Below are positions 17,300-26,839 of a stretch of DNA of 61,718 bases, in pieces. The number at the start of each line of letters is the position of its first letter. Within the stretch, counting starts at the first letter, position 1. The stretch is from a virus (lineage: Duplodnaviria; Caudoviricetes): IMG/VR virus record IMGVR_UViG_3300025324_000012, positions 1 through 61,718 of that record. One strand, written 5' to 3'. Made by a program: the position numbers and the translations under genes. Below the pieces are notes generated by a model that had not been told where the DNA came from, did not search any database, and saw nothing but the letters and a program-made list of their open reading frames with translations.

Positions 17300-18613
17300 A
17301 TGTCAACTTTAGCCGACATTCTTGCTCAGATCAAGTGGTATGGGAAAAGGGGTATCCCTGATCCTGGGCAGGGCTTTGATGATTCACACCCTGTAATTAC
17401 GAACATCCTTGATAAACTTGTGCCGATAACAAAACCAATGGTTGATGCTGGTTCATTGGCGCGAGAAATAGCTCCTAGAATGGTGAGCTCCGGCCCTATT
17501 CAGAGCTTGCCTCCACAAATGCAGGACACTGCTAAGAAAGTAGCAACTGCCACAATTGAGGGGTTTGGGGATTTTGTAGGAGAAAGTTCTTCCCCATTAA
17601 ATATAGCTTCTTTATTGGCTGGAGGTGCTGGTGGATTTGCCAAAGGTGGTTTTGGTAAAGCCTTTACAGCAGCATTAAATGCTGGTTTCATTCCCCCAGC
17701 AGTAACAATGATGGAGTCTGGTGATCCCTCTGGGACGGCTTTTGCGGTTTTGCCCCTTGCAGTATTACTAAAGAATCCTGGGCTTGCCCAAAAATACCCC
17801 GAGCAGGCATATAAATCTATAGCTCAAACCATGAATGAATTACCACCCTTCATAACAAGGGAGACTTTAAGGGATTCCTTGAATTTTCCAGGGGGGTATG
17901 GTTTAAAGTATGAAGGTCTTGCTAATGATTTTTCCTCTGCTCTAAATCAAGGTCTTGAAACCCCAATAGGTCGTGCTTTGTGGGGACTAAGATTGTATAT
18001 TCATGGTGGTCCAGGCTTAAATGCGATTAAAATAGAATCCAAAAATTATATAGCTGGGGGAGTTATTAGCCCTTCAAATAATTATGCATCCTGGCAAGCT
18101 TTATATGGAATTTCAGAAAATCAAATACTTTCTATCCCAGGTAATAGAACTTCTGAATTAGCTGCGGCGGTAGTAGATTCTATAAGGGCCGCAAAACCCG
18201 AAAAAATTAAGTTGTATCGGGGTTTATCAGAACCATTTAGTTATCGCCCACATATGGAATATGAAAAACTTAAAGATGCTAAAATTGGAGATATTATAAG
18301 TATTGGGGATGTAAGTTCATTTAGCACTAGTCAATCAGTGTCTAGAGATTTTCAATACGTAGGTGGGGTTTTGTTAGAAACTAGAGGACCTATAAAGAGG
18401 TTAAATGTGTCTCCTTTAAGTCATTATAGAGAAGGAGAATCTTTGAGTTTTGGTAATTTCAGGATTGTTAAGGTGGCAGATGAAATAATTTCAGGTTTGG
18501 AATCCCAGAAAAAAAGTCAAAGTCTTTTACTACAAACGCTGGGATACAAACGCTATTCTTCTGGCAAATCTGAAAAAGGCACAAGGATTATAATTGAGGC
18601 AATTCAGCAATGA
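17300..18613 (+). CDS. Putative virion-associated ADP-ribosyltransferase (R-S-E clade C-terminal domain)
   Basis: LYRG...SSFSTS...EGE motifs; Gly/Ala-rich N-terminus. Confidence 0.65.
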   Translation: MSTLADILAQIKWYGKRGIPDPGQGFDDSHPVITNILDKLVPITKPMVDAGSLAREIAPRMVSSGPIQSLPPQMQDTAKKVATATIEGFGDFVGESSSPLNIASLLAGGAGGFAKGGFGKAFTAALNAGFIPPAVTMMESGDPSGTAFAVLPLAVLLKNPGLAQKYPEQAYKSIAQTMNELPPFITRETLRDSLNFPGGYGLKYEGLANDFSSALNQGLETPIGRALWGLRLYIHGGPGLNAIKIESKNYIAGGVISPSNNYASWQALYGISENQILSIPGNRTSELAAAVVDSIRAAKPEKIKLYRGLSEPFSYRPHMEYEKLKDAKIGDIISIGDVSSFSTSQSVSRDFQYVGGVLLETRGPIKRLNVSPLSHYREGESLSFGNFRIVKVADEIISGLESQKKSQSLLLQTLGYKRYSSGKSEKGTRIIIEAIQQ

Positions 18614-18711
18614 AAAATTTGGTAGATATTGCTAAGATCAAAATCATAAACATAACAGGACTAAAATCTGTTAAAGAAATAGAATTGCTTCAGAAAACTA
18701 AGAAGAAATGA
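18610..18711 (+). CDS. 33-aa basic peptide MKNLVDIAKI...
   Basis: ATGA overlaps at both ends; GAGG RBS. Confidence 0.45.
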   Translation: MKNLVDIAKIKIINITGLKSVKEIELLQKTKKK

Positions 18712-20657
18712 CAATCCCAGATCAAGCAGCCCCAGGTAGCGTCTTAGGATGGTGTAAGGAAGCCGTCCAGGAGGGGCAGTCCTTTAATAAGTCTCAAAGA
18801 GGCTATTCTAAAGGTGCGGATTGTATTGACGCCATAATGGGGGATAAGTCAGACTTCCGGTCAACTACCCTTTCAAGTACCACTGCAAATCATTTAGCCA
18901 AGACCGCCGAGGATCTTACGGCGTATTTAACAGACATTAGGCCATTCTGGGAATATACTACCCGAAACAAGCGTTACGCGCAGAATGCCGATAATTATGG
19001 TAAGCTCTCCCTCCACTGGTGGTTGTGTGGGGGATCAGCCCATAAGGGCGCGGATATTGCTTTCACTGACGTAATTAAGTACGCTTTAGCCTGTGGAACT
19101 GGTTGGGCACATCAAACGTACTCTGATCGTTGGGGAGATATCATCCTTGAATCCGAAGACCCGCGCGACGTTTTACCCGTGCGGCCCTCCTCATATGATA
19201 CGATTCAGGATGCCCTTGGCGTTGCGGTGCGAAGGGAAAGAACAGTAAATTACGTTCGTGGGTTAAAGATGTTTGAGGGGCGGGAAAACCTAATCCAAGC
19301 CACACGGGATGGGGCTGTGCGGGATTCAATGGAGAATACTCGCGCAGGTAAGCTGATGGAGTGGTTGGGTTCTCCCTTTAGGGATAGACTATTCTCTAAT
19401 CGTGCTGCACGTGAGATTCATCGTATTCCAACACTTGACCTTACAACGCTTTACGTAGATGATCGAACGCGCTGGGAAGGTAGTACGCCACGCTATATGG
19501 GTGAGTGGCACGTCAGTCCTAAACCAGACTGCAAGGAGTGCGAAGTTAAAGGACCACACCCTTTAACGAACTGGTCTTATAAAGTAGAGAAAGGCGAGTT
19601 ACTATATCCTAATAAGAGGATGATTGTCTTCACCGACCAGTTGGTTGGTTATGATGGCCCTTCTCCATACTGGCATGGGCTATTTCCACTCTCTAAACTG
19701 ACGCTTATTCCTTATCCCTGGTCTTGGTTGGGCAAGGGCGCTCTCTGGGATCTTCTACCCTTACAAAGAGCACTGGATAAACTTTTAAGGGTGTGCGACG
19801 ATCACTTTGAGAAAATAGCTAGACCTGACGTAGTTGCTGATAAGAATAGCATTAGCGAAGCATTCCTTAAGAAGATTGATACCCGTAAAGCGGGAGGGAA
19901 GTTCAGGATTAATGCACTGGCAGGTAAGGGTTTCGACATTAAATATCCTAATCCTTTGCCGGCAGAAGTTACGCAAGCTATCCAGTTCTACATTCAAGAA
20001 ATGTCTACCCTATCTGGGGTTCAAGACATGTCCAGCTTGATGAAGTTAAAACAACTTCCTGAGGCTGATACTGTAGAAGCAATTATGAACTCTATGACGG
20101 GAGCGACGCGTTTAAGATCACGCGTTATAGAATCATTCATGCGTGAATTCGCTCAGATGTTAGCATTTAACTTCACGCAATTCTATACCTTACCTATGCG
20201 TTTAGCTATGCTAGGTGAGGCTGGAATGACTTTTGAAGATTTCGACTTCGATCCTGGTTCTATCCTACCTGATTTCGTTCATGCTTCTGATATAGACCCA
20301 ATTACTGGCGCGCCGACTACTGAAGCCGCACAACGTGGCCCGCGCCCAAGGGCTGATCGGGCTAAAGAATTTCTTCAGAATTTCAGCTACAATATCACTT
20401 CTTCGTCCCTTCTGGCTAGCAGTGAAGTAACACGCCAAATGAAGTATTTACAATTGGCACGCGCTGGATGGATGGATATTTGGACGTTATTTGAAGTACT
20501 GGACATTCCTAACGGTGGAGAACCTCCTGTTGGAGCCAAGACCATTCCAGAGAGACTTGCTGCACAGAACGAAATGGGTCTTGGAATGAATGTTAATCCT
20601 GCTGGACGTAAAGCCTCTGGGCAAAGTCCGCCCCGTGCAGTAGTAAAGGAGAGCTAA
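18708..20657 (+). CDS. Portal protein
   Basis: 649 aa after terL; A..CGTGW, DP..V and G.G....L..LQ..LDK pattern of podoviral portals. Confidence 0.85.
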   Translation: MTIPDQAAPGSVLGWCKEAVQEGQSFNKSQRGYSKGADCIDAIMGDKSDFRSTTLSSTTANHLAKTAEDLTAYLTDIRPFWEYTTRNKRYAQNADNYGKLSLHWWLCGGSAHKGADIAFTDVIKYALACGTGWAHQTYSDRWGDIILESEDPRDVLPVRPSSYDTIQDALGVAVRRERTVNYVRGLKMFEGRENLIQATRDGAVRDSMENTRAGKLMEWLGSPFRDRLFSNRAAREIHRIPTLDLTTLYVDDRTRWEGSTPRYMGEWHVSPKPDCKECEVKGPHPLTNWSYKVEKGELLYPNKRMIVFTDQLVGYDGPSPYWHGLFPLSKLTLIPYPWSWLGKGALWDLLPLQRALDKLLRVCDDHFEKIARPDVVADKNSISEAFLKKIDTRKAGGKFRINALAGKGFDIKYPNPLPAEVTQAIQFYIQEMSTLSGVQDMSSLMKLKQLPEADTVEAIMNSMTGATRLRSRVIESFMREFAQMLAFNFTQFYTLPMRLAMLGEAGMTFEDFDFDPGSILPDFVHASDIDPITGAPTTEAAQRGPRPRADRAKEFLQNFSYNITSSSLLASSEVTRQMKYLQLARAGWMDIWTLFEVLDIPNGGEPPVGAKTIPERLAAQNEMGLGMNVNPAGRKASGQSPPRAVVKES

Positions 20658-20929
20658 TGCCATTCTTACAAGTAACATTAGGCGCTGCAGCTACTAGAGT
20701 TATTACAACGCGAACACCTTGTAAGCAGATTATTTTCCAGAATACTGCATCTAACGTCTGCCGTGTTGGAGATTCAACTGTTACGGCTAGTAAAGGAATT
20801 AAACTTGCTGGTTCGGCAGCAGATAATTCCATTCTAGTTCTAGGACCATTTGATACACACCCATTAGAACTAGAAGACTATTATATCTTCGGGACAGCTA
20901 ATGATCTAATCGACGTTTGGTACACATAA
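20657..20929 (+). CDS. Small beta-rich putative structural protein
   Basis: Coupled to the portal; resembles 21376..21735. Confidence 0.65.
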   Translation: MPFLQVTLGAAATRVITTRTPCKQIIFQNTASNVCRVGDSTVTASKGIKLAGSAADNSILVLGPFDTHPLELEDYYIFGTANDLIDVWYT

Positions 20930-21379
20930 ATGGGACATTGGGGAGTAGCTTCACCTCAACTTGGAAGAATTGAAGGCCAGCCTATCATTGATATGCGGTT
21001 GGAGGATATCATTGCGCGTTTAATTGCTTCTGAAGCGCATGATTCTGCACAGGTGGAGTCTGATAGAGAATATGTTTCAGAAATCCTTAGGTCTGTGCAG
21101 GATAAGCATGAGGAAGCAATTGAATTAGCTCAGGAATCTCAAACGATCATAACAGATTGGTGTGAATTAATTGTAGCAAACCAGAAAGACCGAGCCCAAA
21201 CTGCATTAACTATGCACCTAGAAGCTATGAATCGTCTAAAGGTTGTTGAAGAATTGTTCATCGCACGAACAAATAACATTGAGAATCATCTATTTGAGCA
21301 TCTTATTGCTTCCATCCGGTGGTGGCTGGTCAATATAGTCTGGCCATACATGAAGAAGCCGTTGTGGAGTAAAAAGTGA
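20930..21379 (+). CDS. Hypothetical helical protein with hydrophobic C-terminus
   Basis: ORF track; operonic. Confidence 0.65.
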   Translation: MGHWGVASPQLGRIEGQPIIDMRLEDIIARLIASEAHDSAQVESDREYVSEILRSVQDKHEEAIELAQESQTIITDWCELIVANQKDRAQTALTMHLEAMNRLKVVEELFIARTNNIENHLFEHLIASIRWWLVNIVWPYMKKPLWSKK

Positions 21380-21735
21380 GCATAGCTAGGACTCCTTGGT
21401 TAGGGAATTTTACACTAAATGACACCGACGTCCATAGACTATCGGACATATTGGCTGATCCAACATACGTGGCAGCAGCATACAGGCCATTTTTTGGTGG
21501 TGGGAATGTTTCAAAGGCTCAGTTTCTGGTAATAAAGAATGATATTAATAATGGTGGAAAGAGGTTAAATCTTGGTAATGAAGGGTTATCGACGACCTTC
21601 TACGGAGATCAGTTAGTGGCGGGGCAGGAATTGCCAATTTATTCTATGGAATCTAATTTGATTGTCCTTGATGACATCTATTTGATGGCAGTGACTTCAG
21701 GTCTTGTCGTATGCGTAAAATTACTTACACGTTAG
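21376..21735 (+). CDS. Small beta-rich putative structural protein
   Basis: I.N......G......G..L........L.D.Y pattern shared with 20657..20929. Confidence 0.65.
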   Translation: MSIARTPWLGNFTLNDTDVHRLSDILADPTYVAAAYRPFFGGGNVSKAQFLVIKNDINNGGKRLNLGNEGLSTTFYGDQLVAGQELPIYSMESNLIVLDDIYLMAVTSGLVVCVKLLTR

Positions 21736-23750
21736 TCCTTATAGTCTCAGCCTGCCTCTGGCTGAAGGGACAGGGGAATACTATTACTATTCCTTTCAAT
21801 GGTGCTCCTCCGGCAGGTCCTAATCAATGTTCCTTTCTTATGCTTGCTAATGACATTCAAACTAACCCAGGTGCGTTTTATTTCTGTGATGGTTCTACAG
21901 GAACCTGGACTGCGTTAGGAGCTGGTGGGGGTTCTCCAGGCGGTTCAAATAATGCAGTTCAATATAGAATTAATGCTACCACTTTTGGTGGGGTAACACT
22001 AAACGCTACAGCGACAAATAAATTCCTTCGTCAGGTATCAAGCGGCGTGCCGACATTCGAGCAGCCTGCTTGCGCTGACCTGAGCGATTCCGGCACGGGA
22101 TGCTCGGGCGCGGCGGGCGGAGTAACCAGCGTCTTTGGGCGTACTGGCGCTGTCGTGGCTCAAGCCGCCGATTATGGTTTAGGATTGATCGGAAACCCCG
22201 CAGCGGGAACCACGTTCTCTTATGCGCTGAATCAGTCTTCCACCTGGGTGATGCAAGGGTCTGGGCGCTTTACGGTTCGTGGAACTCCATTGCAACTTGG
22301 GGACGTTGGCGGCGTAAGCGGCATATTAGACTTCTTTGGCACCACTAGTGGAAACGCTCAGATTGGTGTAGCAGATGTTGCAGGAACGCCGAACAGGATT
22401 AACCTGCCAACGCTCACAGCGGGCGCTGGAGAGTGCCTGAAAAGCGATGGTGGGAGTCCGCAAGCCCTGTCGTGGGGGGCTTGCGGCGCTGGTGGTGGTA
22501 CGACGGTCACTGTAGGTGGAGCAGGACGCAGTTCTACTATCAACCTAAGCGACTCAACTCCAGCCGCTGCCGGAGGCGGGATCAACGTCAAGTGGCAAGC
22601 GGACAGCGCCAACCCAGATCAGGTGTCGGCCTACTTGCCCGTGAGTAGCTACGCAGCGGCAAAAACATCGGCTACTTCATGGACAATCACGGGCGCGACT
22701 CATGGTTTGGCGACCTGCGACCTGATCGTCTACTTGACCAAGGATAACGGGACCCTACGGGAGCAGATCTTCCCCGACAAAATCAGTTGCGAGACGGCGG
22801 CGGGCGGAACTCAGTATGACGTAGTGGTGACCTGGACCAGCGCCCAGGCAGGAAACATCGTGCTGGTCAAGAACGGCGGCGCGGGAGCGAACGTCGGCAC
22901 AGTGACCAGCATCGCCACAACTTCCCCAATTACCGGAGGGACAATCACCAGCACTGGAACGATTGCCTGTGCTACTTGCGTCACTTCAGCAGCTTCTTTG
23001 ACTAGTGGTCAGCTTGTGGCCGGAGCCGGAGGCCAAGCGGCGGCGGTGACCAATCTGACTGGAGATGTGACTACTTCTGGAGGGGTAGCCACGGCGGTGG
23101 TCAATTTGCCGGATGGAGTCACTCAAGCCGGGCACCTTTTGGTAACGAACATGGCTGCTCCTACTTCCCCAGCAGCCGGAAAGATCAAGGTCTTCAGCGA
23201 TTCTACCAACCTGATCCTCTCCAGCAAGAATCCTTCGGGGGTTGTGAGCAACACTGTGGTGCCGGATGCTGGGGCTGCCAATAACTTTCTGACAGCGATC
23301 TCTGCGAGCGGCGTGATCAGTAAAGCGCAACCAGCGTTCAGTAATTTAAGTGGGTCAGCGACCACGGCGCAACTTCCAGCGAACTCGCTGGTAAGCGCGT
23401 TTGGATGCTCCTTCGATGGGGCTGGAAGCACGCTGACTGTGGGCAGTAAGTGCTACCTGACGATGCCTCCAGCCTGCACCATCGTGGCCTGGGACATTCA
23501 GGCAACTGGATCTTCACCTACGATCACGTTCGACATTTGGAAGCTGGCAACGGGCGGAACCGCTCTCCCGACAGTGGCGAATACGATCATGGGCACCAAG
23601 CCCGCACTGGCAAGCGGAAACGCGGTGCACTCAACGACTCTGACTGGGTGGACTACATCCGTGGCGGCGCACGACCGGATTGCCATCAACATTGATGCTG
23701 TGACGGTTGCGACGTGGGCCGAAATCACGGTGACTTGCAACAAGACATGA
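21711..23750 (+). CDS. Fibre-like protein with N-terminal signal peptide
   Basis: MRKITYTLVLIVSACLWLKG; G/T/A/S-rich; VTSVFGRTGAV and GTVTSI fibre motifs. Confidence 0.75.
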   Translation: MRKITYTLVLIVSACLWLKGQGNTITIPFNGAPPAGPNQCSFLMLANDIQTNPGAFYFCDGSTGTWTALGAGGGSPGGSNNAVQYRINATTFGGVTLNATATNKFLRQVSSGVPTFEQPACADLSDSGTGCSGAAGGVTSVFGRTGAVVAQAADYGLGLIGNPAAGTTFSYALNQSSTWVMQGSGRFTVRGTPLQLGDVGGVSGILDFFGTTSGNAQIGVADVAGTPNRINLPTLTAGAGECLKSDGGSPQALSWGACGAGGGTTVTVGGAGRSSTINLSDSTPAAAGGGINVKWQADSANPDQVSAYLPVSSYAAAKTSATSWTITGATHGLATCDLIVYLTKDNGTLREQIFPDKISCETAAGGTQYDVVVTWTSAQAGNIVLVKNGGAGANVGTVTSIATTSPITGGTITSTGTIACATCVTSAASLTSGQLVAGAGGQAAAVTNLTGDVTTSGGVATAVVNLPDGVTQAGHLLVTNMAAPTSPAAGKIKVFSDSTNLILSSKNPSGVVSNTVVPDAGAANNFLTAISASGVISKAQPAFSNLSGSATTAQLPANSLVSAFGCSFDGAGSTLTVGSKCYLTMPPACTIVAWDIQATGSSPTITFDIWKLATGGTALPTVANTIMGTKPALASGNAVHSTTLTGWTTSVAAHDRIAINIDAVTVATWAEITVTCNKT

Positions 23751-24493
23751 CGCCTGCGACCATGCCGAAGCGTCCGTGGAATGATCACCAGATCTACGCT
23801 CTATTGGCGGGCGCGTTGCTGTTCTGGGCGGCGTTGCTGTGGGCCACTTCCACGATCTATACCCAGCCGTTTTCCGCTGGTCATGGCTGGACCTACACGC
23901 AGGTATCCTGCGGCGGCACATGCAGCCAGGACATGGCTCATGCGGCTGACGGGAATCCCGCGCCGTCCATCTTGGCTAAGCTGGTCGGCAAGAACAAAAC
24001 CAGCGTAGGATACGCTAGCAAAAGTTACGCCTGGACAGCCCTCGGAGTTCCAGCAGGCGAGAATGTTTCGACGGTGGACGGGGCCTGGGACGCCAAGCAG
24101 ACTCACACCACCGGGAATTGCAGCACCAGCGCCACGATGGGGATGCAGTTATATGACAGCGGCAACACGGTCCAAATTACTACTTCCGCCGTCGAGCCAA
24201 ACCTGGACGTGAGCGGCAACACTTCGTGGACAACTAGGGATGGGGCAGGGGCCATCGCTGTAACGGGAACCTACGCGCCTGCGGCTACGACGATTACTTT
24301 GCGGCTGAACATGAATCCGGCGACTACCAACGTCACCAACGCCGATTGCGAGACCCTGGGCGACAACTACAAGCTCACCATCGTGTCAGCGGCGGGCAGC
24401 GTGATCCGCAAAAAACTCATTCTCGTCTGGGTTCCCGTCCAAGATAGGCCGCAACCCCTCGGTGCAAGCGCGGTTAAGGTGATTATTCAATGA
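23747..24493 (+). CDS. Signal-peptide-bearing beta-sandwich (possibly lectin-like) protein
   Basis: ATG 23747 overlaps the previous stop; IYALLAGALLFWAALLWA hydrophobic segment; 4 Cys. Confidence 0.7.
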   Translation: MTPATMPKRPWNDHQIYALLAGALLFWAALLWATSTIYTQPFSAGHGWTYTQVSCGGTCSQDMAHAADGNPAPSILAKLVGKNKTSVGYASKSYAWTALGVPAGENVSTVDGAWDAKQTHTTGNCSTSATMGMQLYDSGNTVQITTSAVEPNLDVSGNTSWTTRDGAGAIAVTGTYAPAATTITLRLNMNPATTNVTNADCETLGDNYKLTIVSAAGSVIRKKLILVWVPVQDRPQPLGASAVKVIIQ

Positions 24494-25251
24494 AAAACAA
24501 ATTGGTCTTTTTTGGGTTCCTGATGCTCGCACTTGCGGGAATTTTGATGACTCAGACTACACGTAACGGCGTAGCCTACTGGACGACATACACCGACATC
24601 TTAAAAATCGCCGCACCAAGCAATCCTGCCAGCGGAGATATCCGCCTCTATGCCAACTCGACCAGTGGCAATCTGGCTTGTCTAACCAGTTCAGGAGCCA
24701 GCTGTCTGCCTGCTGCGGGGACAATTACAGACAACGTCTGGATTCCAATGGCCTTTTCCCTAGACGGGAACGGTGGGCGAATTTCCTCTGGGGCATTCGG
24801 AAGTTCTGGCGCTCCAAGCTCCATCAGCGCAACCTCAGTAGCTTCCATTGGTTACACCGAGCAGTTCTTCGTGGATGCAGCCGATACCTATGCCTATTTT
24901 ATGTACCGGACGCACGACACCTGGACTGCAACACTGACTGTGGAAATTGAAGGTCGTTCAGGAAGCGCCGCCGCCAACAATGCAACCCTATCAGTTTCAA
25001 CATGGTGCCCTGCTATTGGAGTGGAGTTAAACCCGTCAAGTTTTAATACTGCAACCACGGGGGAGATGGCCCTTTCTGGAACTTCCCCTCAGAGGGCCAC
25101 TCCACTGGTTCTTAGTTCTATTGATGTGACTGGATGCGTTGGAGGCGAACTCATGTTCTTGAAAGTTGGTCGCGTTGGTACCGGAGGTAGCGACAATTAT
25201 GCAGGGACAATGGCCTTGCTGGGCTTTACTTTGAAGGTGACTCACAATTAG
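24490..25251 (+). CDS. Signal-peptide-bearing fibre-related protein
   Basis: MKNKLVFFGFLMLALAGILMT; AAPSNPASG.I.LY module shared with 21711..23750. Confidence 0.75.
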   Translation: MKNKLVFFGFLMLALAGILMTQTTRNGVAYWTTYTDILKIAAPSNPASGDIRLYANSTSGNLACLTSSGASCLPAAGTITDNVWIPMAFSLDGNGGRISSGAFGSSGAPSSISATSVASIGYTEQFFVDAADTYAYFMYRTHDTWTATLTVEIEGRSGSAAANNATLSVSTWCPAIGVELNPSSFNTATTGEMALSGTSPQRATPLVLSSIDVTGCVGGELMFLKVGRVGTGGSDNYAGTMALLGFTLKVTHN

Positions 25252-25264
25252 TGACGGTGATCCA

Positions 25265-25429
25265 ATGAGACGAAACGAACAAACCTCGGAACGCATGGGA
25301 CGGCTGGCGGCGAAGATTCTCCGTGACCACAAGCGTAGTAAGGATGAGCGCAGGCTGGCCGCATCAGTCCTGACACAACGTCCCAATAAAAAGAAAAAAG
25401 ATCGGAAGAAAAGAATTAAATCTTCCTGA
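25265..25429 (+). CDS. 54-aa basic small protein
   Basis: Own translation MRRNEQTSERMGRLAAKILRD...AASVLTQ; Lys/Arg-rich. Confidence 0.6.
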   Translation: MRRNEQTSERMGRLAAKILRDHKRSKDERRLAASVLTQRPNKKKKDRKKRIKSS

Positions 25430-25457
25430 TGAGTAAACAAATAAGAGAGGAGGAAAA

Positions 25458-25571
25458 ATGAAATACGGTTCTAAGTCAGGTGTAAAGCCTGGATATGGAT
25501 CTAAAGCAAAACCTGCTAAGAGCAAGGGCATGGTCGCTACTCCTGCTGTAGCAGTAAAGAAGGGTAAATGA
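25458..25571 (+). CDS. 37-aa Lys/Gly-rich peptide
   Basis: Strong GAGGAGG RBS; ATGA overlap with the next gene. Confidence 0.6.
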   Translation: MKYGSKSGVKPGYGSKAKPAKSKGMVATPAVAVKKGK

Positions 25572-25930
25572 CTTCATCAACTCCAACACGGTCTGGAGCT
25601 ATTCTTGATTCTCCGCCTCCTGCGGCTGGTAGGAAGTCAACCAGCCTAATGGAGATGGAGAGCGAGAGGGATACACCTCCATCCCCGCAGGCAGCAGTAA
25701 TGCTTGGAATGAATATGGTGGAGCAAGGTTCCAGACTAATTTCTATGTCATTGCCACAGATTGCGCCTGCAATGCAGCAGCTAATTACGCAATTGAGGGA
25801 CGTACTTCCAAGGGCAATGGCTGAATCACCAACTGGTGCTCCTATAGGAGGACAAGTTGGGGGGCCTGCTGCTGTAATACCACCACCAGGTGGAGGAATG
25901 CCTTCTGGTGGAGGAATGCCAGCAGCATAA
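25568..25930 (+). CDS. Hypothetical Pro/Gly-rich head-module protein
   Basis: Immediately before the scaffold. Confidence 0.7.
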   Translation: MTSSTPTRSGAILDSPPPAAGRKSTSLMEMESERDTPPSPQAAVMLGMNMVEQGSRLISMSLPQIAPAMQQLITQLRDVLPRAMAESPTGAPIGGQVGGPAAVIPPPGGGMPSGGGMPAA

Positions 25931-25979
25931 CAATCCTTCGACCAGGAAGTAAATACTTCTGGCGGACGAAAGGGAAATA

Positions 25980-26783
25980 ATGACACGCGAACAAGCAAGG
26001 ACGTACTTTAAGGAACTGGCGCAGAGGGGTGGAGTGGAAGAGAAAGAAATATCATCCATTCTGCAGGTTCTTGACGACGATAAAATGGGCAAACTATTCC
26101 TGGACGGTTTTGTTCCAAGACCTGAATATTCAAGTGCTTTGGATGCTAAGGTTAAGGAAGCAGAAGCCGCACGTGCAGAAGAAAAACGCATTAGGGATTG
26201 GCATGAGAAGGAAGGGAAACCTGCCTATGAAGCTAATCTCAAAGGTGTTGAGCGTCTTCGCAAGTATGAGGCACGCTTTGGCGATCTTGACGAGGAATCC
26301 ACTACCGAAGAAAAACGACGGGCCGCTGAGGGTAGTGGTCTGTCGATGAAACAAGTAGAGGAATACTTCGACAAGAAGATGCGTGAGCAGGGTCAGGCTT
26401 ATGTTAACTTGACCAAAACTGCCGTGAAAATCTCCCAGGATTACGGCCGGCGTTTCAACAAGAACCTTGATGTTGATGCGCTGGAGAAGTTTGCCATTGA
26501 TAAAGGACTGCCGCTGGATATGGCTTACCAGGAATTCATTAGACCTGAGGCTGAGGCTCAGACGACTGAACAATGGGAAGCTAAAATTAAGGCGGCCAGG
26601 GAAGAAGGTGCTAAAGACTATGCGTCCAAGCACAAACTCCCTGCAACATCAGGCCCAAGGGAACCGCATCCTATCTTCGATCATACTGAGCCAAAAGAAG
26701 GCGCAAATGATGGTGCAGGACGAGATGCATTCCTAGAAGGCTGGAATGAAGTGGCTGATGGTATTGTAGCACAAAACAAGTAG
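25980..26783 (+). CDS. Capsid scaffolding protein
   Basis: Charged coiled-coil directly upstream of the major capsid gene. Confidence 0.75.
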   Translation: MTREQARTYFKELAQRGGVEEKEISSILQVLDDDKMGKLFLDGFVPRPEYSSALDAKVKEAEAARAEEKRIRDWHEKEGKPAYEANLKGVERLRKYEARFGDLDEESTTEEKRRAAEGSGLSMKQVEEYFDKKMREQGQAYVNLTKTAVKISQDYGRRFNKNLDVDALEKFAIDKGLPLDMAYQEFIRPEAEAQTTEQWEAKIKAAREEGAKDYASKHKLPATSGPREPHPIFDHTEPKEGANDGAGRDAFLEGWNEVADGIVAQNK

Positions 26784-26839
26784 GCTGGCGGATTTTGATT
26801 AGTCAAGAGACGTCAGTCTAAATCTAACGAAAGGACAAC

